A DNA stretch of 64,000 bases, taken from the NCBI GenBank assembly GCA_015680685.1, contig MNCI01001024.1, forward strand, positions 149,577 to 213,576, read 5' to 3'. This DNA comes from Gnetum montanum. Lineage: Eukaryota > Plantae > Gnetophyta. Shown piece by piece: positions 25,030 to 38,943 of the stretch (position 1 is the stretch's first letter; every line of letters begins with the position of its first letter). Both the position numbers and the translations under genes were made by a program. The notes under the pieces are model-generated. The model did not search any database and was not told the DNA's origin. It saw nothing but the letters and a program-made list of their open reading frames with translations.

Positions 25030-26520
25030 TCATCAAAGCAATAAATATTCAACATATCTTGGCTAGAAGACTCACCTTTTTCCCATAAAATAATCTTAAC
25101 TTGGCAAAGAATCTCCTTGTTGGAACTTACTCCTAAACCTAACATCAAAAAAATCATTGAAACAAAATGAGTGTTTAGAAATAAGATAGAAGTAAATGGA
25201 AACATAATTAAAATAAATCTCATTTAGTTACTAAGTGGTACAATCAACAAGAGGCTATTGATTTCAATGAAACATTTTTTCTTGTAGTTAGGCTAGAATC
25301 CATTAGACTCCTTCTAGCCTATGCCTATATCAAAATAATCAAATTATATGAAATGGATATCAAAAGTGCTTTCTTGAATGGAAATTTTTAAGAGAAATTT
25401 TTTGTTAACTTGAAGGATTTATAGATCACATTTACCTTTATTATATCTTTAAATTAAAAAAATCTATCTATAGGCTCAAAGAAGCTCCTAGGGCATGGTA
25501 TGAAAGACTCTCTCAACATCTCTTGGACAATGGCTTTGAAAGTAGAGATTATGTAACTCTATTTCTAAAATAGGCTGATAAGAATTTACTTATTTTGAAA
25601 ATAAATGATAATGATATTATTTTTGATTCTACTAACAAAAAACTATGCAAGAAGTTTTCAAAACTAATGCAAAAGGAATTTGAGATGAGCATGATGATGG
25701 AACTAAACAACTTCCTTAGATTCCAAGTTACTCAAACCAAGAAAGGAACCTTTTTTTACCAAAAAAAATTATATCAAAATCTTATTTGAAAGATTCAATC
25801 TAGATAAAACTAATCCTAATACAATACCAATGGCTATAAACCTAAAGCTTAACAAAGGCAAACAATGTAAATCAATCGATCATAAAATTTATAGAGGTAT
25901 GATAGGTAGCCTACTTTATCTAACTACTAGTAGACCTAATATTACTTTAAGTATTGGCATATGTGCTATATATCAAGCTAATCCTGAGTAATATTGAAAA
26001 ACTATATAAAAAAATTTTCCATTATCTAAAAGGTACCACTGACTTGGGACTTTGATGTTCAAAGGACTCCACACTTGGTCTTACTAGGTATTATGATGCA
26101 AATTGGGTAGGATGCACAAATGAATGTGGAACCACAAGTGGTAGATGTTTCTTCCTACAGAAAATTCTTGTCTCTTGGGAATCCAAAGAGTAAAATTCCA
26201 TAGCTTTTTATATAATCAAAGAAAAACATGTTTCCTTAAGAAGCGACTCTACATTAATACTTTGAATGAAAGAAACACTCAAAGATCTCGGGATCAAATT
26301 TGATAATACACCCATATTTTGTGACAATAATAGTGCTATTAACATGACCAAAACTCCTATCCAACATTCAAGAAAAAAACATATTGAAATAGTACATAAT
26401 ATTATAAGAAAACATGATCAACTTGGACATACTAAGCTAGAGTACATTTTAATAGAAGCTTAACTTGCAAAAGTCTTCACCAAACCCCTTGGTGAATGAA
26501 AACTCACATCATTATGAAGA
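25030..26520 (+). pseudogene. Degenerate Ty1/copia RT-RNase H, SIRE-like
   Basis: IIETK*VFRNK...YNQQEAIDFNETF...RLESIRLLLAYA...YEMDIKSAFLNG, EFEMSMMMEL..FL.FQV.Q, YRGMIGSLLYLTTSRPNI, IFCDNNSAINMTKTPIQHSRKKHIEI, FTKPL. Confidence 0.9.
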
Positions 26521-26979
26521 TATAAGTGGATAGAATAATTTCCTATTAGGTAAGTAAGTTATGTATCTCACTATTATTTATTAAGATAGTTAATATTTAT
26601 CAAAAAAAGAGGAAAAATACATATGCAAGAGGATTTTCCATGGAGACCTCCTTTTGGATGATATTCAAAAGGTGAAGAGATTCTTGCAAATTGAGAGCTG
26701 ACCTTGGAGACTAATGATAATTTTTGGTATGTTCATATGAATTTTGGTTAAGACATGATAGTATAATGCTTGTGGAAACAATTTATATTTGGCTACTTCC
26801 TCTATTTAACATGATTACTATTATATATATGAAAACATATTTTTTTGAAATTATATATTTATATTTTTATTTATGTTTAGTTCATATGATCTATGATATT
26901 TGGATATTTTTATGGACATCATGATTATAGTAGTTCTAGATCTAAAGACTTGTGTAGTCTAGAATATTTTTTGAGATCA

Positions 26980-28265
26980 TTAATTGTTTGGTAGCATCTT
27001 TTACATACATAATGGTTGTGAATGATATAGAGATAATATGTGTTTTATCCTTCTTTTGGTAGTCTTGGTAATTATTGCTAATGGATGTGTGACTATCATC
27101 CTTCAATCTACTCTCCTTTCCTCTTCATGCTACATAGATAATTTAATGTCTTATCTAAGAATGATTAATTTTTATGTCTATTATTACATTCAAGCTAACC
27201 CATTGTTCAAGTTCTGGATATTACTTAAAAGGAAGCAATTTTTGACTTTTTTGTTCTATCAAAACCTTGAAAATGGAAAATTTTTCAATGTATTTTATGA
27301 GATGCTTTGTGCCTAATGAATATAAATTTAATGCATCAAGAAGACCAAGAAGAAAGAAAAATTGACAATCTAGAATGTTAGATTCTAAGAGAATATGCAA
27401 AGAAGTAGGGAAGATCATAAGAATAGTAGACATCCCAACCTCAAGAGAAGACATCTTGTAAACTACCAAGACATATCCTACTAACTAAACATGTCTCTGA
27501 TGAGAAGATGTAGTTTCAAACAATATGTCTTCTAGAAATAGGAGACATCTTCTTTAGAAACAAGACATCTTATTCCAAGACAAACTATGTTCACCAAGAC
27601 ATCTTGCCTTCCAAAGAGACATCTCTAACCTCACCAAGATGTCTTACTCCTAGACAAGAAATCTTTCATACAAATTTCCAAATACAACAAGATGTCTCAA
27701 GCCATGAAGAACATGTGTTGACTATCCATTTCTAATCATTTCATGGATTCCAACTAGTAAATGAAGGGGAATAAGGCTATAAAGGAATGACATACTCAAG
27801 TGGTAAAAGCAAGTCATGGAAAAGTAATTGAGAAATAACTATGTATATCTTAGTGAATTCAAGATTCTCTATCGTCTATATTTTGTTGTAATATGTATTG
27901 AGATTCAAATAAAGAAATCTAAAGTGTTAGTTTAATTCTTCCTTGATTTTCATTTTCTTGTTGAAAGCCTTGTGAGGTTAGATGTGCTTGTTGAGGAAAG
28001 ACATCTTTTGTAACACTTTATAGCTTGTTGGAACCTTGAAGAGTTGGATATATTTCTTAAGAGAAAATATCCATTATGAAACTAGAGAGTTTAACTTATA
28101 AAGTTTGTGGTGTCCTTGAAGCCACATCTTTTATGGAACAAAGTCTAGAGGTTTGTATAGATTCCACCCTTTGAGTGTGGGTGTATCCAATTTATGAAAT
28201 CATTAAAATAATCTATTCAAAAATTAGGTATTATTAGCTTAAACTTATTCACCTTCCTCTAAGTT
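26980..28265 (+). mobile_element. Probable SIRE-type LTR sequence
   Basis: Follows purine-rich PPT-like tracts (~26600-26680). Has AGACATCT-rich repeats, a TATAAA at ~27778, and an end TTATTCACCTTCCTCTAAG resembling the SIRE U5 motif ATTCACCCCCCTCTAG. Boundaries are approximate. Confidence 0.5.
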
Positions 28266-29256
28266 CTTGAAATTTATTACCTCTTGGAGATAGATGCCAA
28301 AGGAAACTAACCTCAAGGACACCTTAAACCATGACCTATATACACTATTCCACATTAATAAATCATTCATTTCATTTTCTTCTATGTTATTTCTATTATT
28401 TTCTTTATTCATAATATCAAATGTCATATATATTTGATATTTTTCATAACATATAGGAATGAGATGTCATATTTTATATCAACGAAAACCATGATTTAAG
28501 GGCTAATCAAAACCAAGGACCAACTACAATCCCATGATGAACCATTAAGCCACAATCTAAGGAGAAGAATGAACATGGATCATGTTCAACTTGAATCACA
28601 CTAATCAAGATGATGCCTTCTCTAGTAAATTCCATTAATATTAGTAACCAAGAGATTCAACTATGCTTCGACAAGGTAAAACAACTATAAGAGGCTATGG
28701 TAAGATAAGGATAACATCAGTCTAGATAACTCTCATCCTTCATTATAAATAATAGACATGTCCTTGGTACCCTAAGGTAATCTTTATGTCCCTTCCTTAA
28801 GCAAATAGTTAGAACTAGGTTCTTTGGAATATTACTATGCTACTAAGTTCTATCCCTAGAACACCTAAACCCTAGTAACTCAATATTAACTGACCCTATA
28901 TATGGCCCATATAAAAATAAGTTAGTGGATTTAACCTAGCCATACAATTTATGATTTTTTCTAAAGTCAATTTTTCATTAATAATCAAAATCAAGTCGCT
29001 CAAAATTCATCATGTTACTCATACATCAACTTGCTAATGTCAGTTTGATAAAATAGATTAAGTTAGTCTTTCAAGATCACAAAAATTCAGCTCATTTTTA
29101 ACCTCAAAATTAATCCAATGTGTAGCACTCATCAAGATGATTCCAATGGCACAAATTTTGTGCTAATTAGGCTTATAGTATGGAACATATTATCATTACA
29201 AATTTCTTATTATTCATGGCTTAATTAATTTTTTAAATAAGGTAAAATTTTTTAAG

Positions 29257-29480
29257 CTAGGAATTATACCCGTGACTTTGCCTCTACTAAGTCCAACTCT
29301 TAAATCCATCTTCCCTAATCACTGAGTCAAGGTTTGAGGTTATGTTGATTATTTTAATATTAAAAAGTTAAAAATAATACACAAAACATAAATTTAAAAT
29401 TTTGAGACTTCAAATCAAATCTAAGACCTCTTAATCATAAAACTCCAATCCTACCCCTCTTTGTCTAACCACTTGAGCAA
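29257..29480 (-). other. Two tandem tRNA-like A/B-box modules in copy C (29257-29330, 29404-29480)
   Basis: rc TTGACTCAGTGATTAG...GTCACGGGTATAATTCCT and TTGCTCAAGTGGTTAG...AAGAGGTCTTAGATTTGATT. Confidence 0.5.
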
Positions 29481-30149
29481 CTTTCTAGGTTGTTGTACAT
29501 AAGATTCATTTATGTATATGAATATTAATAAGACATTAAAAATAAAATAAAATAGAATACATCTTAACCCCTTCATGTTAGGGCTATGTCTTGCACCATT
29601 CCTCACTATGACTAGTGATGGCATTGGCCTACTATATCATGTTCCATCCTACTATGCTATAGTTGCATCACAACTAGCTAGGTTGTGGTGTAGGCCTCCC
29701 ACACCATTACATGGAAGGACTAAAGTGCCTCAAATTGTCATGTTGTTGAAAGTTAGGCAAAAACCACAAGCCTACTACATCATTATCATTATTTCCTACC
29801 ACCTCTTCCATCATTCTTGCCTATCACCTCCCTCATCATTCTCATCACATTGTTTGCTACCTTTACCATTTCCTCATAGCCAGCACCTACCTTCAAAAAT
29901 ATTGCATCCTTAATACATGCACCAAGACCACCATGCACTCCAACCCTTAACACCATCATTTCCAACCTCTTGAAGAGCTCTTAGTGCTAAAAAAGAAGTT
30001 TGTTAATTCGTAAAAAAATTCAAAAATCTATTAATTTAAGGAAAATTTTGATTTTTTAATTTTATGGTGAAATGGATAAATTTAATATGTGTTTTATAGT
30101 TAAATTTCATTAATTAGTCAAACTAATGGATTTCCAATAGTTGAGATAA

Positions 30150-30212
30150 AATTCCATAATTAAGCATGCTCATCCTCGAGGAGTACTAGGATGGATGACC
30201 TCTCAAGAAGCT
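30150..30212 (+). ncRNA. 5S rRNA-derived internal promoter segment in copy C
   Basis: AATTCCATAATTAAGCATGCT...GAGTACTAGGATGGATGACCTCTCAAGAAG versus 5S AACTCCGCAGTTAAGCGTGCT...GTAGTACTAGGATGGGTGACCTCCTGGGAAG. Confidence 0.75.
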
Positions 30213-30814
30213 CTTAAGAAGTCTTGAAATTCATGTCTAAACTTTTCAGCTTTGAAAGAAATAAAGTTTGATTTTGAAAGCATTTTTCAACACATGAAGA
30301 GTTATTTTTAGTATATTTTAATCTCTCAAATGCAATGGTAAAGTTGGATTTACCCTACAAATCTCCAAAAGATAGTTTTTAATCCTTTCCCCAAAACTAT
30401 GTCTCAAAATTCTTTGAAGCACAATTTAGCATAACTTGGACATATATTATCCATTTCTAACATATAAATAGTTTTTTCTTATATTTTTTAGTTTTTTGAA
30501 CTCAATGATAAGGTTAGATTAATAATCCAAATAGCTAATAATAAGGTTTTACCTTAAATCATGTCTTACCAAGCTATAACTTAATCTAACTAATCATACT
30601 TGATAATTTAATTATTTGGACTAATAAATTTAACTCTTTAGGATCTCAAGATTACATGATTATAATATGTAAATAGATAGATCTCAGCCACTAACATCTA
30701 GTATGTCATTACTGATACTATTGAAGTTAGTATGGTAAGAATGGTAGAAATGTCATTTAGAGTCTAGGAAGCATAGCCAAGTTAGTATTTGAGAGAATAA
30801 TTTGGTAAACTAGA

Positions 30815-32055
30815 ATGATAATGAAGATGTATACTAGTTCAACTAGAAACCAAATCATTTATAACAAACATTTACCATCATGAAGATTCATAATCTTGTT
30901 TTTACAATATGTATGATATCCATGAGAAGAAATAAGTCAAGAGAAAATCCAAGATTGAAATTTATAATGTAAAATATGCTAAGGACCCTAGCCAATGAAA
31001 GATAACATTCACTATGTCTATCTTGGGCCTTGGATTAGCATGAGTACTAATAATCATTCATTCTTGTAGAATTACAAGATTTAAATGCTAATGTCTTATG
31101 CCTACAAGAAATCCTATCATGTGAATTTATGTATCAACTTTAATCCAATTTAAGAAAATCAGGATATGAAGACATTTACAAGAAAAAGATTCATGTTATG
31201 GTTCTTCCTATGAGTTGTACTGATTAGCCTATTATATGAACCAAATATGGATGGTTGTTCGATCTTTTACAAAGAAGAAAAATTTGAGTTGGTAGAAATA
31301 TTTGAATTAATATTAGAGAACATGATTTTTTAAATTCTAGAACTTCAAGTCATGGAAAAGAAAGAATTATTGAGATTCCAAAGAAGCCACATAGCCTTAG
31401 CATTGCTACTTAAAATCTAGTCATCAAGGAGATGTGTATGTGTGATTAATACACATTTAATTCCAAATCCAACATGCATATATGTAAAACATTTTTCAAC
31501 TATCTTACATAGCTAATCCAATTCAAGAATGTTTGAAATATAAGTTATTCCTAACCCAGACTAGTCTTGACCTAGTCTCATTTATCCTTTGTGAAGAATT
31601 CAATGTAAATGTTGGAAATGTGTTTCATAAATTCTTAAACTATAAAAGAGTAAAAGACTTGTTGAAAGAGGAATTGATTTGAAAAATATTCTTTCATCAA
31701 TTAATCATATCATCCCTTTGGCCAATGCATACTCTACATATTGTAGTCTACAATAGACAAGTTAAATTCCATAATTCAAAAATAGATGATGTTGATGAGT
31801 AGTATTTATTAAGAATCAGAATTCATGAATTATGCTACCATGACTACTAAACATGAATAATATCCTTCTTCAAGACTATAGATTACATGGTATAATGCTC
31901 AAGTCTTCAAAGTTATTAAGTTGTTAGAGTTAATTTGTAACAAATAAGTTGAAGAATAACATCAAGTACTACCATCATAAATAAAGTTATCTAATCATGT
32001 ACTCTTATGGTAGAACTACAACTACATCCCTTGATCCTTAATATTGATAACAATC
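30815..32055 (+). pseudogene. CCR4/CNOT6-like EEP nuclease ORF (copy C)
   Basis: CLSWALD, ANVLCLQE, MDGCSIF, HIALALLL, INTHL, FILCEEFNVNVG, NAYSTF, IDYMV, LLELI, SNHVL. Collinear with the other copies and more decayed. Confidence 0.8.
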
Positions 32056-32999
32056 AAGAATTTCTTAACTTACTTTTATTTCTATTTTATTCTTATTTAT
32101 TTATTAAATTTATATTTATAAATTAGGTAAGCAGAATGCTTTTTAAATAATATAAGTAGGAAAAAATAATTCTACCTATCTTCACTTGAATAACTAGCTA
32201 TGAGTTTTACATTGTATGATCCTAGTTACAACTGGTGATTGATGATTGATTGACCTTTAATTCACCCCTTGTTATTACCTAGATATAAAGGTAAGAATTA
32301 ATAAAATAAGATTTATTATTCTAAATTTTTTTCTTACTTATATTTTTAATTGTAAAATAAGTGGAATAATATTAAAATATTCAACCTCATTCCAAAAGAA
32401 CAAATCAAAGTATTCAAGTATGGAGAAAGCACTAAAGCTAGAGAAAGATGATTAAAATGAACTTGTTCAAGGACAAACAGAAAATAAGAAGGATAGTTTA
32501 TCATGTCCCTATTTTCAAATTGAGCTATTTTCTAACAAAGATGGTGTCACTTCATAATAAAGGTTTTAATTATTATAATAAGATTTGAAAGAGTGAAGTT
32601 ATAATAACAGGCACATCTTTTAAGATGACCTTTGGTAATTTGATCTAACATGTTTATACCTAGACATTAGAGGTCATGTCAATATTAAGTTGTGGAGCAA
32701 GTAATGATGAGTAACAAATGTTGAATAAAGTGAAATAGAAAAGTGACTTGCCATTCCTTTTTAATGGTTACATGCCTAACCATGGTGGTCATCCTGAATT
32801 GCCTCTAAGGGATAGATGCTAAATAAGGATAATCCCAAAAAATCCTTTGATCATAATCCAAATATACTATTCCACATTAATAAATAATTATTTTCATTTC
32901 CCTTTTTATTTTCTTTACACAATGTCAAATGTTATAGATGAATTGAATTTTGGACCATTTCTACAATTTTCATCATAAGAAGTAAGAACAATTGCAAGT

Positions 33000-35350
33000 T
33001 TCTTCACTTTGAATAACAATATTGACAAATCATGAATGGTATCTAAGAAAAACATACCAATTTTGGCACAAAAAATAGTAGGTTTCTATAGTGAAAATAA
33101 AAGATATCTAAGTCTCCTACTCATTTGAAGCTATTGCTACAATGTTAGGATAGCCCAATATTAATACAAAAACAACTATGGTATCTATCCAGTTTGATAT
33201 AAAATGAAGAAATTTATGGATAGATAGAGATTATGGAAATAAGAACAAGAAGTTTGAAGAATTTTCATTAGCTAAGAAAATATAGTTTAAGATAGAAACA
33301 TATCACATGCAGCCTATGAAGTGCATGAACAAGATATTAACATATGTCACCTAAAGAACCATCATTCTTAGCAGAAGATATCTAGTAAATATGCCTCATC
33401 TCCTCTTCTTTGAGATAGAAAGAAGATTTCAAGAAACATAATCAAGTAAGCCTACATTGCCATTTCCTTACCTAATAAGAAATCTATGTAGATGAGTAGG
33501 TATCGAGAAATATATCAATAATATAGTCAAAAGAGCTTAAAATACATCCCATATACATATAGTTAAGCTTGCGCCCACTAAGAAAGATTAAGTAGAAACA
33601 TCATCAACCACAAAAGTCGTAGGCACATCAGCACTAGAAAAAACCATACTAATAATAGAAACTAGTAGTAGGTTGTAGTACACCTATTCCTATAGCAAAT
33701 CCATGCACTTAGAGACTAGTTATAAGTTATTTACAAGAATTATTAGAATCTAGAAACTAAAGAACAAAATACTTAACAAGAATGCTTAAAGCCATGCAAG
33801 ATCAACTAGATGTCTCATTAGATCTTGCAACTGGATAGATCTTAGTTAATGTTACAAGAAATGAGAGTATTGCCAAAATCTCTAGAAATACCACTACATT
33901 TCAAATGATACTTAAACTAGGAGAAGAAGCTATAAACTTGAACATGTTACATGAAGGAAAGAAAAAGCTTAAGAACTCATTGTTGATCATATTAGAGATA
34001 CTTTCAATATATTTATAGTACCATAAAAAATTTCTCCTAAATTACAAGATGTGTAAGTAGTAATGAGTACTAGGAAAAAATAAAAAATAATGAATATTGA
34101 TTAACATAAAGATGCCTTAGAAAGACTATCTAGGATGTTTTTGGCATTCCTAAAACCATAACAATCATTTAGTCTAAACTCATTTTCACAAAAGGTAATC
34201 TAGTCAATTTAGAATTTCGTTTATAATATGATAAGTTGGAAATAAAAAAAATATAGAATAAGATAGTCCAATTTAAAATCCAAATTCAGGTTCCTAAAAG
34301 GAAAAAAGATTTTAAAAAATTTAGAATAAAATATGTGAATAACATTTTGGCTAACTAACATTAGTTAGAAATAAAGAGAGAAGAAGTAACATGAGACACA
34401 TTATTAGCAAAAGCTAGACATATGTTCATCAAAAAACCAGTGCTACATTAAAATAATAAATTATGAATCTCACTGTAGACAATAGAAGATTGATCAAATT
34501 TGAAGGAAATAAAACTCCATTTGAGAAAAGGCTCAATAATCTTTGTAGGTAGTTTATACGAGTCAACCAAGACATTAATAAATAGGCTAGAGAAAATAAG
34601 AAATTTTCAATGGAAGAAATCTATGCAATCATTAAGAAATATTTAATTGAAATTAAAATGTAGTAAAATAAGATCAACAAACATGAGAATCTCAAAGAGC
34701 ATTTTCAAGACTAAGTTCACATGTAAAGTTAGGTGGATGAGAATGAAATCAAATTAGCAAAAGCCAAGGTCAATGCTTCATTTCAACAAATTCTCAAGTA
34801 TTAGCCCATACTTAATAGAATCACAATGATTAATCAGATATAGCTAAAAATGAAATAATTTTATATTGAGAACATGAATCTATACTTAGATTTTACTAAT
34901 ATTTTATATGCAAGCTTAGTAATGTTAATAGTAGGTAGACAAAGAAATGAGCTTGAGAAGCAACTGAACACCATGTATTCACTATACAAGAATGAGCATA
35001 AACATTGTAATAAGATACAATAGAAACTACTTATTGCAAATATAGAATTAGAGGTCCTAAAACAAATTATACTAATCAGAGGAATGTAGCTAAGGACTTG
35101 ACAAAATACATAACAAATTATCAAGATCTGCAACCATAAGTTAATAGATTCAACATAAAAAAATAAAAGTCAACATTTCCAATTTGGCATGGATAGGAAA
35201 TGATCATAGGATAAATGAAAAGAATCTTAGAGCATTGATAAGATACTTTTACATGGAAAGGATGGTAACTATAGGTAAGCAATCACAATAGAAACCAATG
35301 TAGTAAGGACCATCACCTCTAGGAATAATAGGAAGACCTACACTGTCTAT
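33000..35350 (+). pseudogene. Degenerate Athila-like extra ('env-like' / plant transposon protein) ORF with long coiled-coil tail
   Basis: YSFEAIATMLG*P and LVNMPHLLFFEIERR....KPTLPFPYLIRNLCR*VGI resemble the Athila extra-ORF motif (INVG.II..EI.....LPFPSLIT.LC...GV). The downstream ~1.6 kb reads as K/E/Q-rich heptad-like coding sequence with many stops. Confidence 0.55.
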
Positions 35351-36439
35351 TTTATGAAGATCAAATAATTTTTATGATTTTTTGAACAAAAATATCTATA
35401 TTTTTTCTCATTTTTTTATTTTGTAATCCACTTAGATAAATGATATAATGTAGCACTCAAGTCAAGTTTGTTAGTCTATTTGTTTATTTATTTATCACTT
35501 AATTGTTTAATTTTATTACCTCCACAATTTTGTAACAAACTCTATTTAACTTTTATGTATCTTAAGGATGCGCTTTTAGTCATCCATGAGAATATTATGA
35601 ACAATAGATAATTTGATTCCAACATTGCACCTATGATATTATGCCTATTATATATTGGCTATGATATCGTATGCTTTCATACAATATTATAGATGTGATA
35701 TATTTTAGGATTTTAATGCCTATAAATACCTTTCAATCACTAAACATAGTACATCTTTTTGATTCATGCTTAGCTATTTTCTTATAGTTTATTTTCTTAA
35801 ACTAAGAGTTAGTCCATAAGTTTCCATAGTATGATCGAAAGTGATTGTAGGAACTCTTTATTTAACTAAGATATAACTAGAAATATTTCATGATCGAAAG
35901 TAAAGATCGCAATTATTTCTAATCATTATAGCATTTACTTGGCTTAGAATTTACTTTTCATTATTATTTATATTTCCAATGTCCTTTATGTTTCTTTCAC
36001 ACATTAGTAATATAGTAAAATAAGTATAACCAATCTCAATTGTAACATATAATTGGTAACCTAGAAGTGATATCACATGGTACACCTAGTACTAATATTT
36101 CTTGGTAATTTCAATGATAGTTATATGAGATCATAACATGTAGGGAAGGTTAGAAGTGGATAATTATTGCCACTGGGTTAATATAGAATTCACTTTCATT
36201 GTTCCTTACATTAATTATTTTAAACAACTAATTAATATGTTTTCTTTAAATTTATTATAACCAAATAATATCATTACATCATATACCTCACTATGAGTTA
36301 AGCCATACACCTTGACCATAACTAACTCCAATGAAAAGACAATCATCTATGATCTATACATTAACTCTCTAAAGATTACATCAACCCATCTATTTATTAC
36401 AATCATATTACATGTAGCACTTATGTAATTTGTATAAAT

Positions 36440-36833
36440 AGGCATTGGGACTACTTGTCACTCATTAGTTATAAATGAATTAATAAAGGAAAGGAAGAGT
36501 GAAATTCATTGATATATGTTATTTGTAGATGATATTATGTTGGTAGATATAGATATAGAAAATAGTGCTTCTAAAATTGTGAAGTAAAAACATACTCTAA
36601 AATCAAAAGGCTTAAAAATTAGAAGTAAGACAACATATGTTGAATGTAATTTTAGTAACATCATAAATAGTGATGTAATAGAAGTAGTAATTCAATTCCA
36701 AAAAATTCCTTATTATAAATAATTTTACTACCTAAGATTAATATTCCAATCAAATGATCAAACAAATAAACATATAAAAAATAGTATTGAGGTAGGATGA
36801 TTAAGATGGAGGCACGCTAGTGGTATTCTATGA
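36440..36833 (+). pseudogene. RTE-clade LINE reverse transcriptase fragment
   Basis: YMLFVDDIMLVD...HTLKSKGLKIRSKTTYVECNFS...FYYLRLIFQSN....IKNSIEVG*LRWRHASGIL matches plant RTE CMLFADDIVL...LESKGFRLSRTKTEYMEC.FS...RI.AGWMKWR.ASGVL. Confidence 0.8.
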
Positions 36834-37439
36834 TCAAGATTCAAGAGGATGTGATTAGGAATTATTACAATAATCAAATCACTTTCTTTATTAATCACAT
36901 ACAACTTTAGATAGCCTTAAGAATAATTAATAACAATGAGGACTGGTCTATAGGCATACACACATGATCTATAGATTGATACTTATCCTTTAGTGATGAT
37001 AAAATTTGAAGGGTAGAGACTAGGTTATCTTATAGGCTCTATAGAGATGGGTTCAATGGATCCTTTACCTATGAGCAATTGTGAATCTAAAATCTATGAC
37101 CTACCATAACAAGATTATCTTTAACATTAACTCTAATGTTCTTCTTTCTATGTAATTCATTTCTGCCACTATCTACAGTTTTTCCATATGCTTATTTGCA
37201 TCTGCTTCCTTTTCCCATCTACTATCTAGACTTTGGTTTATATTGAAATGCCACTACACATAGTTGTAGATCTATTGGAGGATTTTAGATTCTTATCAAA
37301 AAAATTTTGGGATTTTTAAGACATTTTAATATCCATTATTCTAATAGGGCTTCACTTCCTACCATTCATGTTTCTTGAAAAAGGTCTTCTATGAGTTCAT
37401 TGGCATTAATGATGGCTAGAGCCTCTTCCTTTTTCTTTA

Positions 37440-38054
37440 AAGGAATCTCCTATGCAAGATCATGAGTGAGGATGCAAGTGCTAGAAAGATTGGTAGGGCT
37501 TAGCACAACTCCAATAAGAATTTTCATTGGCAATTACAATTGAGAATGGATTTGAGGAAATCAAAACCTCTACCCAAACTTTAAAGAGGTTTTTACAACA
37601 TCTATGAGAGCCAAAGGCATTAAGAAAGACATAGTTAGCTCCTTCACCAGTGATAATAATGGATATCAAGATGGATTAGTGTCTAAGCCTTCATCCACAA
37701 GTTCAAAAACGTGAAAGAAGAAGGACAACCTCAAATAATAAAGGTTTACAAGTTAAGCCACTTCATCATGGATCAATGCCAAAGAGCTTTCAAGAAAAAT
37801 CTTAAGTGATTCACTAGAATCTAATCAACAAGATTCCTAGAAATCATGGTTACTCCTAGGATCATGATAGTGTTAATATAGATAAAGCGCTTGGTGCATA
37901 ACTACAATCCTTGGACGTACTACTTTCACAAAACCTAATGGACATTAAGTGCACTATCTCCCCATGTCTATTGAGACATACTTTTGACCTAAAAGAAGAT
38001 GAAGTAATGCATGTAAGTAATACATTTAGTAGTATTCCATATAAAGATGAGGTT
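37440..38054 (+). pseudogene. Unassigned retroelement accessory ORF remnant, split by copy D and resuming at 62815-~63300
   Basis: The reading frame ...PYKDEVLA continues across the CTAGC TSD into LLGSEFAS...VLNGDISMNYLDILCNHL. Weak resemblance to LTR-element extra ORFs. Confidence 0.35.
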
Positions 38055-38943
38055 CTAGCTATCACATCCCAATTTCCAAATGATGCTACTACCTAATGAA
38101 GATGGTGTCTCTTCATAACAAGGGATATTGTTTTCATATATTTGACATTTTCCATGAAATCCAAGGATGGGATGTCACAATTGGTATCAAAGCAAACCAC
38201 AACCCAAGGCCCATTCAGAATCATGGGCCAACTAAAACATGAACTTAATGATGAATCGTGAAGCCACAACATAGGGAAGGAAATTGATCATCATTGAATG
38301 CACCATATGTCTATTATGTAAGGAAGAAGATACCATTCAATTGATTTCATGAATAATGGATTAGATATCTACAAAAAGAAATAGATGCCACTGACAAAAT
38401 TCTTTCATGGATATCATTAATCAATGAATATTTGATCACACCTCATCAAAATTCATCAATTACAAGAGATGTTGGTAAGAAAATGATACACTAATCTAGG
38501 TAACTCATACCCATATTAATATTATAAATAGTAATTGATTAAGGTCATTGTTAAGTTTCTCCTAAAACATTAGTAACCATGACCTGAATTGATTTTTGGT
38601 TTTGTTGAAATTCACTATTCAAGTAATCCACAAGATTTCAAGTTACCATATGTCAGCCTAGAAATGTCAATTCAACAAAATAGGCTAATTTTGTGCTTTT
38701 AATTACTAAAAATTCAACTATATTTTTGAAACCTAAGACAATGTGCAATACATAGTACTTGTTAAGACAATCTGAATAGTACAAATTTTGTCTCGATCTG
38801 ACTTATGGTTTTAGAGATATTGATGTTTAAAGTTTCTCATTGTATGTGCATTAAAATAATATTAAGTTATTAATTTATTATTTGAACAAAAAATAATCAA
38901 AATTTTAGGGTTGAAAATCAACAAGAATTGTCGTTTACACATA

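Larger units (their letters stand above)
28275..32935 (+). mobile_element. CCR4-carrying LTR element, copy C (both LTRs truncated)
   Basis: The 5' LTR remnant ends GAGATGTCATA at 28471, followed by a decayed PBS. The internal region is collinear with copies B and D. PPT AAGAAGGATAG precedes the 3' LTR from 32499 to ~32935. Confidence 0.8.
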
